DNA of 64,000 nucleotides from an uncultured Gemmatimonadaceae bacterium (GTDB lineage: Bacteria; Gemmatimonadota; Gemmatimonadetes; Gemmatimonadales; Gemmatimonadaceae). Below are positions 20,037 to 30,443 of the stretch, one piece after another. The stretch's first letter is position 1. The number at the start of each line of letters is the position of its first letter. The notes below the pieces were generated by a model. That model did no database searches and was not told the origin of the DNA. It saw nothing but the letters and a program-made list of their open reading frames with translations. The position numbers and the translations under genes were made by a program. The stretch covers positions 155,973-219,972 of the forward strand of contig CAWFQK010000009.1 in NCBI GenBank assembly GCA_963817955.1, written 5' to 3'.

Positions 20037-21053
20037 ATGTCCGCGATTGAAACCAGAGCTCTGCGAAAGGTCTACCCCGCGCCCGCGGCACCGAAGCGTG
20101 GCAGGCGGGGTGCGCCATCGCTTGGAGCACCTGGCGGCCGGCCGCTCCCGCCATCGGGCAGCGAGGTGGTCGCGCTCGATGCGCTCGACCTCGACGTGCG
20201 CGAGGGAGAGTTCTTCGGTCTGCTCGGGCCCAACGGCGCCGGCAAAACGACGACCCTTGCCATTCTCACGACGCGTGTGAGACCGACATCCGGTACAGCA
20301 CTCGTGGGCGGCGCCAACGTCGCCACCGAGGCGGTCAAGGTGCGCCAGCGGATCGGTGTCGTACCGCAGCGGCCCAACCCCGACCGCAGTCTCGATGCGC
20401 TCGAGAATCTGCTCTATCACGCCGCGTACTTCGGTATCCCGCGCCCGATCGCGCTGCCGCGGGCGAATGTGTTACTCGAGCAGCTCGGCATCTCCGACAA
20501 GGCGCGCGCCAAAGTGGACGAGATGTCCGGCGGCCAGCAGCAGCGGCTCATGATCGCCCGCGCGCTGATCCACGAGCCGCAGGTCATTTTTCTCGACGAA
20601 CCGACTGTCGGACTCGATCCGCAGACGCGCCTGTCGCTCTGGGAGATCCTGCGCCATCTACACGGCGAGGGACGTACCATCATCATGACGACGCACTACA
20701 TGGACGAGGCGGACAAGCTCTGCGACCGCATCGCGATCGTCGATCGGGGGCAGCTCCTCGAGCTCGACACGCCGCAGGCGCTCAAGCAGCGGGCGCCTGG
20801 CGGAACACTGGTCGAGCTCTCGCTCGCCGGGGATGCGAGCCCTTTCGTGGATGCGGTGCGATCGATCGATGGCGTGTTACGCGCCGAGGCGCACGGCACG
20901 TTGCTCCGCGTCTACAGCGACCGCGGCGGGCGCGTGATCTCGCCGGTGATCGCTGCCGTCGAGGATGCCGGTACCGCCGTCGCCAATATCAGTTTGACGG
21001 AGCCCAGTCTCGAAACGCTGTTTGTCGACCGTACCGGGAGGAAACTCGATTGA
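20037..21053 (+). CDS. ABC-2 type exporter ATP-binding protein
   Basis: GPNGAGKTT, MSGGQQQR, FLDEPT, TTHYMDEA. Confidence 0.92.
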   Translation: MSAIETRALRKVYPAPAAPKRGRRGAPSLGAPGGRPLPPSGSEVVALDALDLDVREGEFFGLLGPNGAGKTTTLAILTTRVRPTSGTALVGGANVATEAVKVRQRIGVVPQRPNPDRSLDALENLLYHAAYFGIPRPIALPRANVLLEQLGISDKARAKVDEMSGGQQQRLMIARALIHEPQVIFLDEPTVGLDPQTRLSLWEILRHLHGEGRTIIMTTHYMDEADKLCDRIAIVDRGQLLELDTPQALKQRAPGGTLVELSLAGDASPFVDAVRSIDGVLRAEAHGTLLRVYSDRGGRVISPVIAAVEDAGTAVANISLTEPSLETLFVDRTGRKLD

Positions 21054-21853
21054 CTACCGTCGCTCCTACGCCGCACGTGGTCCGTGCGTCCTCCGTGTTC
21101 CTTGCGCTGCTGCGCCGCGATGCGCGGGTCGCGCGCAAGGAGCTGCTGTTCTTCCTGATTCGCACTACGATGCAGCCGCTGCTCTTTCTCGTCGTGTTCG
21201 GCTACTTGCTGCCGAAGATGAATTTTGTGGGAAAGAGCTATCAGACGGCGCTGCTGCCGGGCATTCTCGCTGTGAGCCTGAGCCTGTCGGCGATCCAGTC
21301 AGTCGCGTTGCCCATGGTGCAGGATTTCGGCTGGACAAAGGAGATTGAAGACCGCTTGCTCGCGCCTGTGTCCACGCAGCTCATCGCCGCTGAGAAGATC
21401 GTCGCCGGCACGCTGCAGGGCGTGATTGCCGCGGCATTCGTGCTGCCGGTCGCGCGACTGGTCATGGGACCAATTCCCAACCTCACCCTGTCACATGCCG
21501 GGGTGGTCTTACTCGTGGTCCTGCTCGGCGCCGTCGCCTTCTCGGCGTTCGGGATGTGGCTCGGAACGGCCATCGCTCCGCAGCAGATCGGCTTGATGTT
21601 CAGCGTGATCGTGGCCCCGATGCTCTTCTTCGGGTGTGCGTATTATCCTTGGCGTGGCCTCGACGTGGTTCCCGTCATGAAGTACCTGGTGCTGATCAAT
21701 CCCATGGTCTACGTGTCGGAAGGACTGCGCGGTGCCCTCACGCCAGCCGTCCCGCACATGTCGTTAGCCGTGGTCGGCGTCGCGCTCACGTTGATCGCCG
21801 TTTTCTTCTGGACCATCGGCATACGCAGTTTCTACAAACGCGCCATCGGATGA
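21050..21853 (+). CDS. ABC-2 type exporter permease
   Basis: About 6 TM segments, NPMVYVSEGLR; overlaps ATPase stop. Confidence 0.88.
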   Translation: MTTVAPTPHVVRASSVFLALLRRDARVARKELLFFLIRTTMQPLLFLVVFGYLLPKMNFVGKSYQTALLPGILAVSLSLSAIQSVALPMVQDFGWTKEIEDRLLAPVSTQLIAAEKIVAGTLQGVIAAAFVLPVARLVMGPIPNLTLSHAGVVLLVVLLGAVAFSAFGMWLGTAIAPQQIGLMFSVIVAPMLFFGCAYYPWRGLDVVPVMKYLVLINPMVYVSEGLRGALTPAVPHMSLAVVGVALTLIAVFFWTIGIRSFYKRAIG

Positions 21854-22449
21854 CTGACCTCTTGAACGAAGACCCCATCGCACGCTTCGAGCGCTTGTTC
21901 GACGCTGCGCAACAGATTCCGCGCGATCGGCTACCGGAGCCCACCGCGTTCGCGCTCGCCACGGTGGACGAGCACGGCCACCCCGACGCTCGGATCCTGT
22001 TGCTCAAGTCCGTCGACCGCCGCGGCTTCGTCTTCTACACCAACTTTCAGAGCAGGAAGGGTCGCGAGCTCCTGGCGACACGTCGTGCCGCGCTCTGCTT
22101 CCACTGGCAACTCCTCGAGGAGCAGGTGCGCGTGGAAGGACCGGTCGAGCCGGTGAGCGAGGACGAGGCCGACGCGTACTTCGCGTCACGGGCACGAGGG
22201 AGTCAGCTCGGCGCGTGGGCGTCGCTGCAGAGCCAGGCCATGCAGACGCCGAACGACCTGGACGTGCGCCTTGCGGAGTTCGAGCAGCGGTTCGCCGGCC
22301 ACGCGGTGCCGCGACCGCCACACTGGTCGGGCTTCCGCGTGATGCCCGAGCGGATCGAGTTCTGGAAGAACATGCCGAGCCGTCTTCACGTCCGCCATCT
22401 GTACACGCGGGACGGCGGGACCTGGACGGTGCAGCAACTCTTTCCGTAG
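21850..22449 (+). CDS. pdxH: Pyridoxine/pyridoxamine 5'-phosphate oxidase
   Basis: RILLLK, FYTNFQSRKG, SQLGAWASLQS, PPHWSGFR, IEFW, RLH; ATGA coupling. Confidence 0.93.
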   Translation: MTDLLNEDPIARFERLFDAAQQIPRDRLPEPTAFALATVDEHGHPDARILLLKSVDRRGFVFYTNFQSRKGRELLATRRAALCFHWQLLEEQVRVEGPVEPVSEDEADAYFASRARGSQLGAWASLQSQAMQTPNDLDVRLAEFEQRFAGHAVPRPPHWSGFRVMPERIEFWKNMPSRLHVRHLYTRDGGTWTVQQLFP

Positions 22450-22487
22450 ACATACCCCCGCTCCGGGTGCGTCCTTACTATTCCCCC

Positions 22488-24446
22488 ATGGCTACTCACA
22501 TCGCCGAAAGCGCCCCGGCGGAAGGGCATTCCAGCTGGTCCATCGACGCGGCACGCGCGCTGTACAATGTCGAAGGATGGGGCGCGGGCTTTTTCGACAT
22601 CAACGACCAGGGACACGTGGTGGTTCGCCCCGACAAGGAGCGGCCCGAACACGCCATCGATCTGTTCGAGATCACCAATGACCTCGAGGAGCAAGGCATT
22701 GCCTTGCCCGTGCTGCTCCGCTTCTCCGACATCCTGCGGTCGCGCATCGAGGCGTTGAGCACGCGCTTCGATCAAGCGCGCGAGGAGTTCGGCTACACCG
22801 GCGGGTACACCACCGTGTATCCGATCAAGGTGAACCAGCAGCGGCACGTCGTCGAAGAGATTGTCGAATTCGGCAAGGCACATCGGGTTGGTCTCGAGTG
22901 CGGCAGCAAGCCGGAACTCCAGGCCATTCTTGGCATGGCCGAGAACACCGAGCACATGATCATCTGCAATGGCTACAAGGATGAGGAGTTCATGCGCCTC
23001 GCCCTCATGGGCCAGAAGCTCGGGCATCAGGTCCACATCGTCATCGAACAGCTCAGCGAGATCGACGTGCTGCTGCAGATCGCCGACGAGATGGGCGTCA
23101 CGCCGACGGCGGGCGTTCGGATCAAGCTGGCGTCGCGTGGGTTTGGGCGTTGGAAGGAGAGCGGCGGCGAGAAGTCGAAGTTCGGGCTCAACGCCGCACA
23201 GCTCGTGCAGGCCATCGACAAGCTGCGGGCGGCGAATCGGCTCGACATGGTCAAGCTGATCCATTTCCACCTCGGCTCCCAGATCACCGATATCCGGTTC
23301 ATCAAGCTCGGGCTCCAGGAATTGACGCGCTTCTACGTCGAGCTGCGCCGGGCGGGGCTCGACATCACACATGTAGACGTGGGCGGCGGCCTGGGCGTGG
23401 ATTACGACGGCACGAACTCCACGTCGGACGCGAGCGTCAATTACTCGTTGCAGGAGTACGCGAACGACGTCGTGTACACGCTGGCCGAAGCCTGTCGCGA
23501 GCACGAAATCCCCATGCCGCACATCATCAGCGAGTCGGGACGCGCGCTCACCGCGCATCACGCGCTGCTGCTGATCAAGGTCATCGACGTCGAATCGCAG
23601 AGTGAACGCCCCGTGCCGGACCTCACGGATGACGATCACCAGTTGTTGCACGAGATGCTCGCCGATTATCGCGACGTGTCGCGGAAGAACGTGTCGAAGC
23701 GGCGAGTGCGGGAAGTCTTCCACGACCTCACGTTCGACAAGGAGCGCGCGCAGGAGTTCTTCAACAGCGGCGTCTTCTCCCTACGTGAGCGCGCGCTGTC
23801 GGAGCAGCTCTATTTCGCCACGATGAACGTGCTGTCCCGGTCAGTGGAGCGGAACCGCGACGATTTCGAGGACATCGTGTCCGACCTCGACGCGACCCTC
23901 GTCGACCGCTACTTCTGCAACTTCTCGCTCTTCCAATCGCTGCCGGACAGCTGGGCAATCGATCAGCTGTTTCCGATCATGCCCATCCATCGGCTCGACG
24001 AGGAGCCGTTGCGCCGCGGGTCGATCCAGGATGTCACGTGCGATTCGGATGGTAAAATCGATCGCTTCGTTGGCGACAAGGGTGGTCGGCCCAGCCTGGA
24101 GTTGCACGAGTTCCGCGACGGCGAGCCCTACATGCTCGGCGTCTTTCTCACCGGCGCGTACCAGGAGATTCTGGGCGACCTGCACAACCTGTTCGGCGAT
24201 ACGAACGCGGTGCACATCCGTCTTGCGCCGAGCGGCGGCTACGAGGTCACGGACCTGGTGCACGGCGACACCGTGACCGAAGTGCTCAACTACGTGCAGT
24301 TCCGCGCGTCAGACTTGCTGCAGACGTTTCGGCGCAAGGTGGCCGCTGCCAAGCACCTCAGCCGGCAGGAGGCGAACACCTTCATTGCCGACTATGTCGC
24401 GGGGCTCGAGGGATACACGTACCTGGAAGGGGACGCAGCGCAGTAA
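22488..24446 (+). CDS. speA: Biosynthetic arginine decarboxylase
   Basis: VYPIKVNQ, GLECGSKPEL, HFHLGSQI, DVGGGLGVDYDG, SESGRA, TCDSDG, GAYQEILGDLHNLFG. Confidence 0.95.
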   Translation: MATHIAESAPAEGHSSWSIDAARALYNVEGWGAGFFDINDQGHVVVRPDKERPEHAIDLFEITNDLEEQGIALPVLLRFSDILRSRIEALSTRFDQAREEFGYTGGYTTVYPIKVNQQRHVVEEIVEFGKAHRVGLECGSKPELQAILGMAENTEHMIICNGYKDEEFMRLALMGQKLGHQVHIVIEQLSEIDVLLQIADEMGVTPTAGVRIKLASRGFGRWKESGGEKSKFGLNAAQLVQAIDKLRAANRLDMVKLIHFHLGSQITDIRFIKLGLQELTRFYVELRRAGLDITHVDVGGGLGVDYDGTNSTSDASVNYSLQEYANDVVYTLAEACREHEIPMPHIISESGRALTAHHALLLIKVIDVESQSERPVPDLTDDDHQLLHEMLADYRDVSRKNVSKRRVREVFHDLTFDKERAQEFFNSGVFSLRERALSEQLYFATMNVLSRSVERNRDDFEDIVSDLDATLVDRYFCNFSLFQSLPDSWAIDQLFPIMPIHRLDEEPLRRGSIQDVTCDSDGKIDRFVGDKGGRPSLELHEFRDGEPYMLGVFLTGAYQEILGDLHNLFGDTNAVHIRLAPSGGYEVTDLVHGDTVTEVLNYVQFRASDLLQTFRRKVAAAKHLSRQEANTFIADYVAGLEGYTYLEGDAAQ

Positions 24447-24473
24447 AGGCACTCGTTCCTCGTTCGCTCCTAG

Positions 24474-24509
24474 CGCCGGGTGCCTGGCTCGCGAGCCAGG
24501 CACCCGGCG
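24474..24509. terminator. Perfect 36-bp palindrome between convergent speA and sodA
   Basis: CGCCGGGTGCCTGGCTCG|CGAGCCAGGCACCCGGCG. Confidence 0.6.
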
Positions 24510-24523
24510 GGCGAATGTGAGCG

Positions 24524-25126
24524 TCAGCGGCCGTAACGCTTCGCCACCGCTTCCCAGTTCACCACGTTCCACCACGCGGCGATGTAATCTGGACGCTTGT
24601 TCTGATACTTGAGGTAGTAGGCGTGCTCCCACACGTCGAGACCAAGGATCGCCGTCTTGCCGTCCATGAGTGGGTTGTCCTGGTTCGGCGTGCTGGTGAT
24701 CGACAGCGTGCCGCCGTCGTTGATCAACCACGCCCATCCGGATCCAAACCGTGCCGCACCAGCGGCAGCGAACTGTTGTTTGAATTTGCTGAAGTCACCG
24801 AATGCACTCTTGATGGCGTCGGCGAGCATGCCACTCGGCTCTCCGCCGGTGCCCGGGACCATGATCTCCCAGAACATCGAGTGATTCCAATGGCCGCCGC
24901 CGTTGTTGCGCACCGCCGTACGCACTGCCTCGGGTGCGCTGTTGATGCCACGCATCAGCTCATCGAGTGATTTGTTCCGGAGCTCCGGCGCCTTCTCGAT
25001 GGCGGCATTGAGATTGTTGATGTACGCCTGATGATGCTTGGTGTGGTGGATTTCCATCGTGCGCGCGTCAATGTGCGGCTCGAGCGCGTCGTACGCATAC
25101 GGCAGCGAAGGCAACGTGAACGACAT
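24524..25126 (-). CDS. sodA: Superoxide dismutase, Mn-type signature
   Basis: [39 protein letters not shown]. Confidence 0.92.
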   Translation of the reverse strand: MSFTLPSLPYAYDALEPHIDARTMEIHHTKHHQAYINNLNAAIEKAPELRNKSLDELMRGINSAPEAVRTAVRNNGGGHWNHSMFWEIMVPGTGGEPSGMLADAIKSAFGDFSKFKQQFAAAGAARFGSGWAWLINDGGTLSITSTPNQDNPLMDGKTAILGLDVWEHAYYLKYQNKRPDYIAAWWNVVNWEAVAKRYGR

Positions 25127-25162
25127 GATGGTCTCCTCGTGGTCTGTCTGTCGCGAGGCACG

Positions 25163-25795
25163 CTACGCGGCCGGCGACTTCGTCCTGGCGCGATACCAGC
25201 CAATGAGGCCCGGCAGCAGCGAGACGAAGATCACCAGTAGGATCACGCTCTCGATGTGCCGGTCGACACCCGGAATGTAGCGCCCCAGGAAATAGCCGAT
25301 GAACAGCATGCTCCAGATCCACCCGAGGGCACCGAGAACGTTGTAAATCGCGTAGGACCGGTATCGCATTTGCGCCATGCCAGCCACGACCGGCACGAAG
25401 GTGCGAACGATAGGCATGAATCGCGCAATGACGACGGTGGATCCGCCATGACGTTCATAGAACTCGTGGGCGCGGTACAGGTGTTTCTTGTTGAAGAGCA
25501 GGGAATCTTCGCGCGAAAAGAGCCGAGGGCCGGCCGCCTTGCCAATGGCGTAGCCCGCCGTGTTGCCCAGGATCGACGCCACCGTGAGCAGCAGGCCAAG
25601 GCCCCAGACGTTGAAGAGTCCGGTCGTGGCGGCGAGCAGCCCAGCCGTCACGATCAACGAATCGCCCGGCAGGAAGAAACCGACCAGCAGTCCAGTTTCC
25701 GCGAAGATGATGGTCGTCAGGCCAACGTATCCGCCCCACTGAATGAGCGCGCGAACGTCCCGGATTGTATGAATGAAATCGAGCAGCGATTGCAT
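25163..25795 (-). CDS. DedA/VTT family membrane protein
   Basis: FAETGLLVGFFLPGDSL, ARFMPIVRTF. Confidence 0.92.
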   Translation of the reverse strand: MQSLLDFIHTIRDVRALIQWGGYVGLTTIIFAETGLLVGFFLPGDSLIVTAGLLAATTGLFNVWGLGLLLTVASILGNTAGYAIGKAAGPRLFSREDSLLFNKKHLYRAHEFYERHGGSTVVIARFMPIVRTFVPVVAGMAQMRYRSYAIYNVLGALGWIWSMLFIGYFLGRYIPGVDRHIESVILLVIFVSLLPGLIGWYRARTKSPAA

Positions 25796-25825
25796 GTGGT
25801 TGCGCTGGGGGGGAGAGGGTAGGCG

Positions 25826-27058
25826 ATGAGCACCGAAAGCTCCACGCGCGGGCACCGGGAATCAACTGGCGGCGTGCGTCATCCTTCGGTCCGGCAGCTC
25901 GACCAGGCGCAGGAACGCGCCCTCGAGCTGCCCATGCCGCCGCGGGATCGCTGGTGGAACCGCCGAGGGGTCACCCCGCACGGTGAGCGGGTTCTCGATG
26001 TCGTGAGCGCTGTCGTCTTATTGGTGCTCGCCGCCGGTTGGGGATGGTCGATCGCCAATGCACGCACGCTCTCGGCCGCACCGGCGACGGGCACAGCGGT
26101 GACGTCGGCCGGGATCATCGCGAGCGCATTGACGCACCGCGACGCCCCGAGCACGGCGTATCTCACGGACGCCACCCTCAACGCCATTACCGCTCAGATG
26201 CTCGCTACGGCTCGCGGTGCCAGCGGCAAGCTCGACGTTGTGATTCAGCCCACACCATCGCCGTTGGCGACCGACAGGCTTCCGTCTGGTGCACAACTCG
26301 AATACCGGCAGAATGGGCAGATGGCATCCGCGCCGCGCGGTGCCGGCATCTGGAATGTGCTACTCGCGATCGGGAATGCTGTACGACCGGTAGCGGGGTT
26401 CAATGTGATCACCATGCTACCGTTCTCCGCCAAGCGAAACGGACACGTCGGGCTGTACTACGTAGGCAACTGGCCAAGCGAGCACGGCACGGTGGGACCG
26501 TCAAAGGCACCGTCGAATGCATACATGAATCCTGCGGGATTCATCGAAGTCACTCCGCAGAATGCTGACACATATGTATCCGAGCATTTCAAGTTGCGTG
26601 ATTTCCTCACCCACGATCAGCCGAATGTCTGGCCGAAGTACATCGTGCTCCAGGCCAGGTTGGTGGACAAGCTCGAACTCGTGCTGTCGGACTTGCAGAG
26701 GCACGGAGTGGATGTACACGGAGTTCACGTGATGAGCGGCTTCCGCACGCCACAGTACAACTACACCGGCGGAAACACGGGCGGCCGAGCCAACCTCAGC
26801 CGCCACATGTATGGCGATGCGGCGGACATCTACATCGACGACAATGGCGATGGGCAGATGGACGACCTCAACCATGACGGCAAGATCAGCATCGCCGATG
26901 CGCAGGTGATCGAAGCTGCCGTGGATCGCGTTGAAGCAGCACATCCGGAGTTGGTGGGCGGAACAGGCGTGTATACTGCCGCGCCCGGGCACGGACCTTT
27001 CATTCACATCGACACGCGCGGCTATCGTGCGCGGTGGTCGGGGACTTCAGGAGGCTGA
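25826..27058 (+). CDS. Membrane-anchored peptidase M15-like (D-Ala-D-Ala carboxypeptidase fold) protein
   Basis: SEHFKLRDF, SGFRTPQYN, SRHMYGDAAD, FIHIDTRG; Ca-binding-like DDNGDG/DLNHDG insert. Confidence 0.78.
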   Translation: MSTESSTRGHRESTGGVRHPSVRQLDQAQERALELPMPPRDRWWNRRGVTPHGERVLDVVSAVVLLVLAAGWGWSIANARTLSAAPATGTAVTSAGIIASALTHRDAPSTAYLTDATLNAITAQMLATARGASGKLDVVIQPTPSPLATDRLPSGAQLEYRQNGQMASAPRGAGIWNVLLAIGNAVRPVAGFNVITMLPFSAKRNGHVGLYYVGNWPSEHGTVGPSKAPSNAYMNPAGFIEVTPQNADTYVSEHFKLRDFLTHDQPNVWPKYIVLQARLVDKLELVLSDLQRHGVDVHGVHVMSGFRTPQYNYTGGNTGGRANLSRHMYGDAADIYIDDNGDGQMDDLNHDGKISIADAQVIEAAVDRVEAAHPELVGGTGVYTAAPGHGPFIHIDTRGYRARWSGTSGG

Positions 27059-27059
27059 C

Positions 27060-27536
27060 GTGGCGGAGCATCGAAGAATGGCGGACGGTGACACGATGAC
27101 AACGGAGCCGGGGCCGACGGGCGCGTCGGAGCATCGGGACGGGAAGCCAGAGCCGGAAGAGCATCCGATCAAAGAGGTGCGGGCGTCCGACATCGAGCCG
27201 TACACCGGGTTGGGATACCTGTCCAAACTGTTTCGGTTGATGGCCATCATTCTCCTCCTGCTGCTGATTGCCGAGGTGGTGACTGGCATCTATACGCAAG
27301 GCTCAGGGGCTGTACCGACGCTGCTCGGTGAAGCGAGCCGGCTCATCGTGCTGGCCGGCGTGCTGTGGGGCACCGGCGACCTTGCGAACCTGCTGATCGA
27401 CGTGGGCCACGACGTGCGCGCTGCGCGCATTCTGATGGCGCGAATTGCACATGCGGCGAAGGTCGCGCCGCTGACGGTCACGCGTGGAGCGTCAGGCAAT
27501 TCTACGGTGAACGATGGCACGCCGCGAATTCCGTGA
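27060..27536 (+). CDS. Hypothetical 2-TM membrane protein
   Basis: GGAGG at ~27050 then GTG; two hydrophobic helices. Confidence 0.65.
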   Translation: MAEHRRMADGDTMTTEPGPTGASEHRDGKPEPEEHPIKEVRASDIEPYTGLGYLSKLFRLMAIILLLLLIAEVVTGIYTQGSGAVPTLLGEASRLIVLAGVLWGTGDLANLLIDVGHDVRAARILMARIAHAAKVAPLTVTRGASGNSTVNDGTPRIP

Positions 27537-27571
27537 CCGGGCGCGGCACGAACTTCAACGGAGAACGGGAA

Positions 27572-27724
27572 ATGCTCATCACGCTCGCGATTGTCCTGAT
27601 CATCCTGTGGGCGCTTGGGTTCCTGGCGTTCCACGTCACCAGCGGCTTGATTCACCTGCTACTGGTCATTGCGCTCATCGTTATTGTCTTCCGCCTGGTT
27701 ACGGGTCGGCGTCCAGTCGTCTGA
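27572..27724 (+). CDS. Small membrane protein (lmo0937-like)
   Basis: MLITLAIVLIILWALG...GLIHLLLVIALIV, 50 aa; GGAG upstream. Confidence 0.8.
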   Translation: MLITLAIVLIILWALGFLAFHVTSGLIHLLLVIALIVIVFRLVTGRRPVV

Positions 27725-27811
27725 CGACTCCCTTGCGCATGACGAACGGCCGCAGCGAACTTCGCCGCGGCCGTTCTGCGTAGTGGCCGCTTCTGACTGC
27801 CTCGCTTGCTC

Positions 27812-30442
27812 ATGACCCTCGACGTCCACATAGTCTCGCACACCCACTGGGATCGGGAGTGGTATCACCCAGCCGAGCGGTTTCGACAGCGGCTGGTGGC
27901 GCTCGTGGACGAGTTGCTGGACGAGCCGCCGTCGCCAGGCGAGAGTTTTCTCCTCGATGGGCAGGCGATCGTGCTCGAGGATTACCTCGCCGTACGACCC
28001 GAGCGTGACGCGCAGCTCCGTTCGCTGCTGCAAACCGGCCAACTCGAAGCAGGGCCGTGGTATGTGCTCAGCGACGAGCTGATTCCGAGCGGCGAGGCGC
28101 TCGTCCGAAACCTGATCGCGGGTCGGCGCGTGCTCGAGCGCCTCGACGCGACCGCGCCTCCGATACTGTACTGCCCCGACTCGTTCGGCCACCCGGCCGC
28201 GCTGCCAGCGATCGCCGCCGGCTTTGGGCTTCCGATAGTCATTGCGTGGCGCGGGTATGGTGGTGCGCGTTGGCCAGCGGGCGACACCGCAACATGGTCA
28301 GCCCCAAGCGGCGATGACGTGCTGTTGTTCCATCTGCCTCGAAACGGATACGAGTTCGGGTCACACTTGCCGCTCGATGCGGATTCCGCCGCTGTACGTT
28401 GGAACGCCATGCGTGACGAGCTGGTGCCACGCTCCACCACGGGTGTGATGCTGGTGCAGAATGGCGCAGATCACCACGCGCGACAGCGCGGCCACCATGA
28501 AGCGCTCTCGGCACTGGAGCGCGCGGGAAAAGCGGATGGTGTGCATCGGAGCTCACTTCGCGCCTTCGCTGAGCGGTTGCTCGAACGCGCCGGTGCGCAG
28601 CGACTGCCCATTGTTCGGGGTGAGTTGCGCGATTCGTATGGGTACACCTGGGCCTTGCAGGGGACGTTCGGCACGCGTGCGCACCAAAAGCGCCTGAACG
28701 CCATCGCAGAACGAGTGTTGCTCCGCGAGGCGGAGCCGTGGAGCGCGCTCGCCGCGTATAGCGGCGCGTCGCGCCGCGGACTGATCGCCGCTGCCTGGCG
28801 GTCGCTCCTTGCCGCACAGCCGCACGATACGCTCTGCGGTTGCTCGATCGACGAGGTTGCGCTAGCGATGGAGTTGCGGGTTCGATCGGCCACGAATCAG
28901 GCTCATGGTATCCGCGACGACTCCATCGCTGACGTCATCGCATACGACGCCGACTCGGCACGCGAAGCGCGCGCGCGCTGGAACGCCGTGGTGCTCATCC
29001 GGAATCCCGCTCCCCGACCACGGTCGGGCGTCGCGATCATCGAGATCGAGGAGTTCGTTGCCGATGTGCCTGTCGGGCCAGGTTCCGCGCCGACGTCTCA
29101 GCCGCACGGCGTCGATCCCAGACATATACCGGTGGTTCCAACGCTCGGAGCGCTCCAGGTGCTGTCGCGCTCGATGCGGAACTCTCGTACGGAATCGCTG
29201 CGACACTATCCGGACAACGATCTCGTTGCGGTGACCCGCGTCGCCGCGTGGGTGGCCGATGCGCCGCCGTACGGCATCGTGAGTCATTCGATCGCCGCCG
29301 GTGATGCGACGTACCTGCCAACGCCGTCGCCGGTCGTCGTCGCGAATCAACAGATGAGCAACGGCAATCTCGTTGTGGATGTCGGTGAGGACGGGCGGGT
29401 ATCGCTCACACACACGGAGACGGAACGGCGCATTCCGTCGCTGCTCGATGTCATCGATGAGGCCGACGTCGGCGACTTGTACACGCCCGCTCCGCGGACT
29501 CGTGACGTCGCGACTGAGTTCCTCGGCGTGCGTCGGATGCATCGCGGACCGCTTCGCGGCGAGTTGGCGCTCCGCTTTCGTATTGTCGATCCGTCGGGCG
29601 CCCGCCGTCGGCTCGACGTGCAGCTGGTTGTTCATCTCACCCTCGATGCTGGCGCGCATTTTCTGCGCGTCGGCGTGTCCGGGGAGAATTGGCGTAGGAA
29701 TCATCGACTTCGTCTGCTGCTGCGCGGCGACGTGCGACCGGGGGCCGTGTGGGCCGATGCCGCGTTTGGGCCGGTCCGGCGCGAGCCGATTGCCATCGCG
29801 CCGGCAGAGGCGGAGGTGGAGGCTGCACCGCCGACAGCACCATTGCATCGCTACGTCTCCGCATTCTCCGATGATCCAGGCTTCACGGTGTTCAGTGATG
29901 GATTGGCCGAGTATGAGGCGACTGCAGAGGGCATTGCCATTACGCTGGTGCGTTCCGTGGGGGAGCTATCGCGGAACGATCTGCCGGAACGGCCCGGGCA
30001 CGCAGGTTGGCCAACGCCTACGCCCGGCGCGCAGTGCCTTGGGCTCTTCGGCGCCGAGTTCGCCGTCCTCCTGCACGGCCCCCGGACGCCGGACACGATC
30101 GATCACATCGAGCGGACGGCCGACGATGTGCTCTGCCCGATTACTGGCACCACGCTTCGCTCCGCCCTTCAGCTTCCGGCGCCCGTCCGCGGTCCGGAAC
30201 TGATGGGTCTGGGACTCGCGTTCTCCGCGTGCAAGGAAAGTGATGACGGCGGATGGCTGGTGCTCCGCTGCGTGAACCTGCGCGACGAGGACGTTGCCGG
30301 CGTTTGGAGACTGCCGTTCGCGCCGCGCGAGGCCCACCTGGCGCGTATTGATGAAACGAGAATGAGCACACTCGACATTTTCGGTGCCGATGTGCCGTTC
30401 CAGGCGCAGCCCCGCGGCATCGTGACCATTCTCGTGCGCTGA
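27812..30442 (+). CDS. GH38 alpha-mannosidase-like glycoside hydrolase
   Basis: SHTHWDREW, LDGQ, GPWY, PDSFGH, HDTLCGCSID. Confidence 0.9.
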   Translation: MTLDVHIVSHTHWDREWYHPAERFRQRLVALVDELLDEPPSPGESFLLDGQAIVLEDYLAVRPERDAQLRSLLQTGQLEAGPWYVLSDELIPSGEALVRNLIAGRRVLERLDATAPPILYCPDSFGHPAALPAIAAGFGLPIVIAWRGYGGARWPAGDTATWSAPSGDDVLLFHLPRNGYEFGSHLPLDADSAAVRWNAMRDELVPRSTTGVMLVQNGADHHARQRGHHEALSALERAGKADGVHRSSLRAFAERLLERAGAQRLPIVRGELRDSYGYTWALQGTFGTRAHQKRLNAIAERVLLREAEPWSALAAYSGASRRGLIAAAWRSLLAAQPHDTLCGCSIDEVALAMELRVRSATNQAHGIRDDSIADVIAYDADSAREARARWNAVVLIRNPAPRPRSGVAIIEIEEFVADVPVGPGSAPTSQPHGVDPRHIPVVPTLGALQVLSRSMRNSRTESLRHYPDNDLVAVTRVAAWVADAPPYGIVSHSIAAGDATYLPTPSPVVVANQQMSNGNLVVDVGEDGRVSLTHTETERRIPSLLDVIDEADVGDLYTPAPRTRDVATEFLGVRRMHRGPLRGELALRFRIVDPSGARRRLDVQLVVHLTLDAGAHFLRVGVSGENWRRNHRLRLLLRGDVRPGAVWADAAFGPVRREPIAIAPAEAEVEAAPPTAPLHRYVSAFSDDPGFTVFSDGLAEYEATAEGIAITLVRSVGELSRNDLPERPGHAGWPTPTPGAQCLGLFGAEFAVLLHGPRTPDTIDHIERTADDVLCPITGTTLRSALQLPAPVRGPELMGLGLAFSACKESDDGGWLVLRCVNLRDEDVAGVWRLPFAPREAHLARIDETRMSTLDIFGADVPFQAQPRGIVTILVR

Positions 30443-30443
30443 A

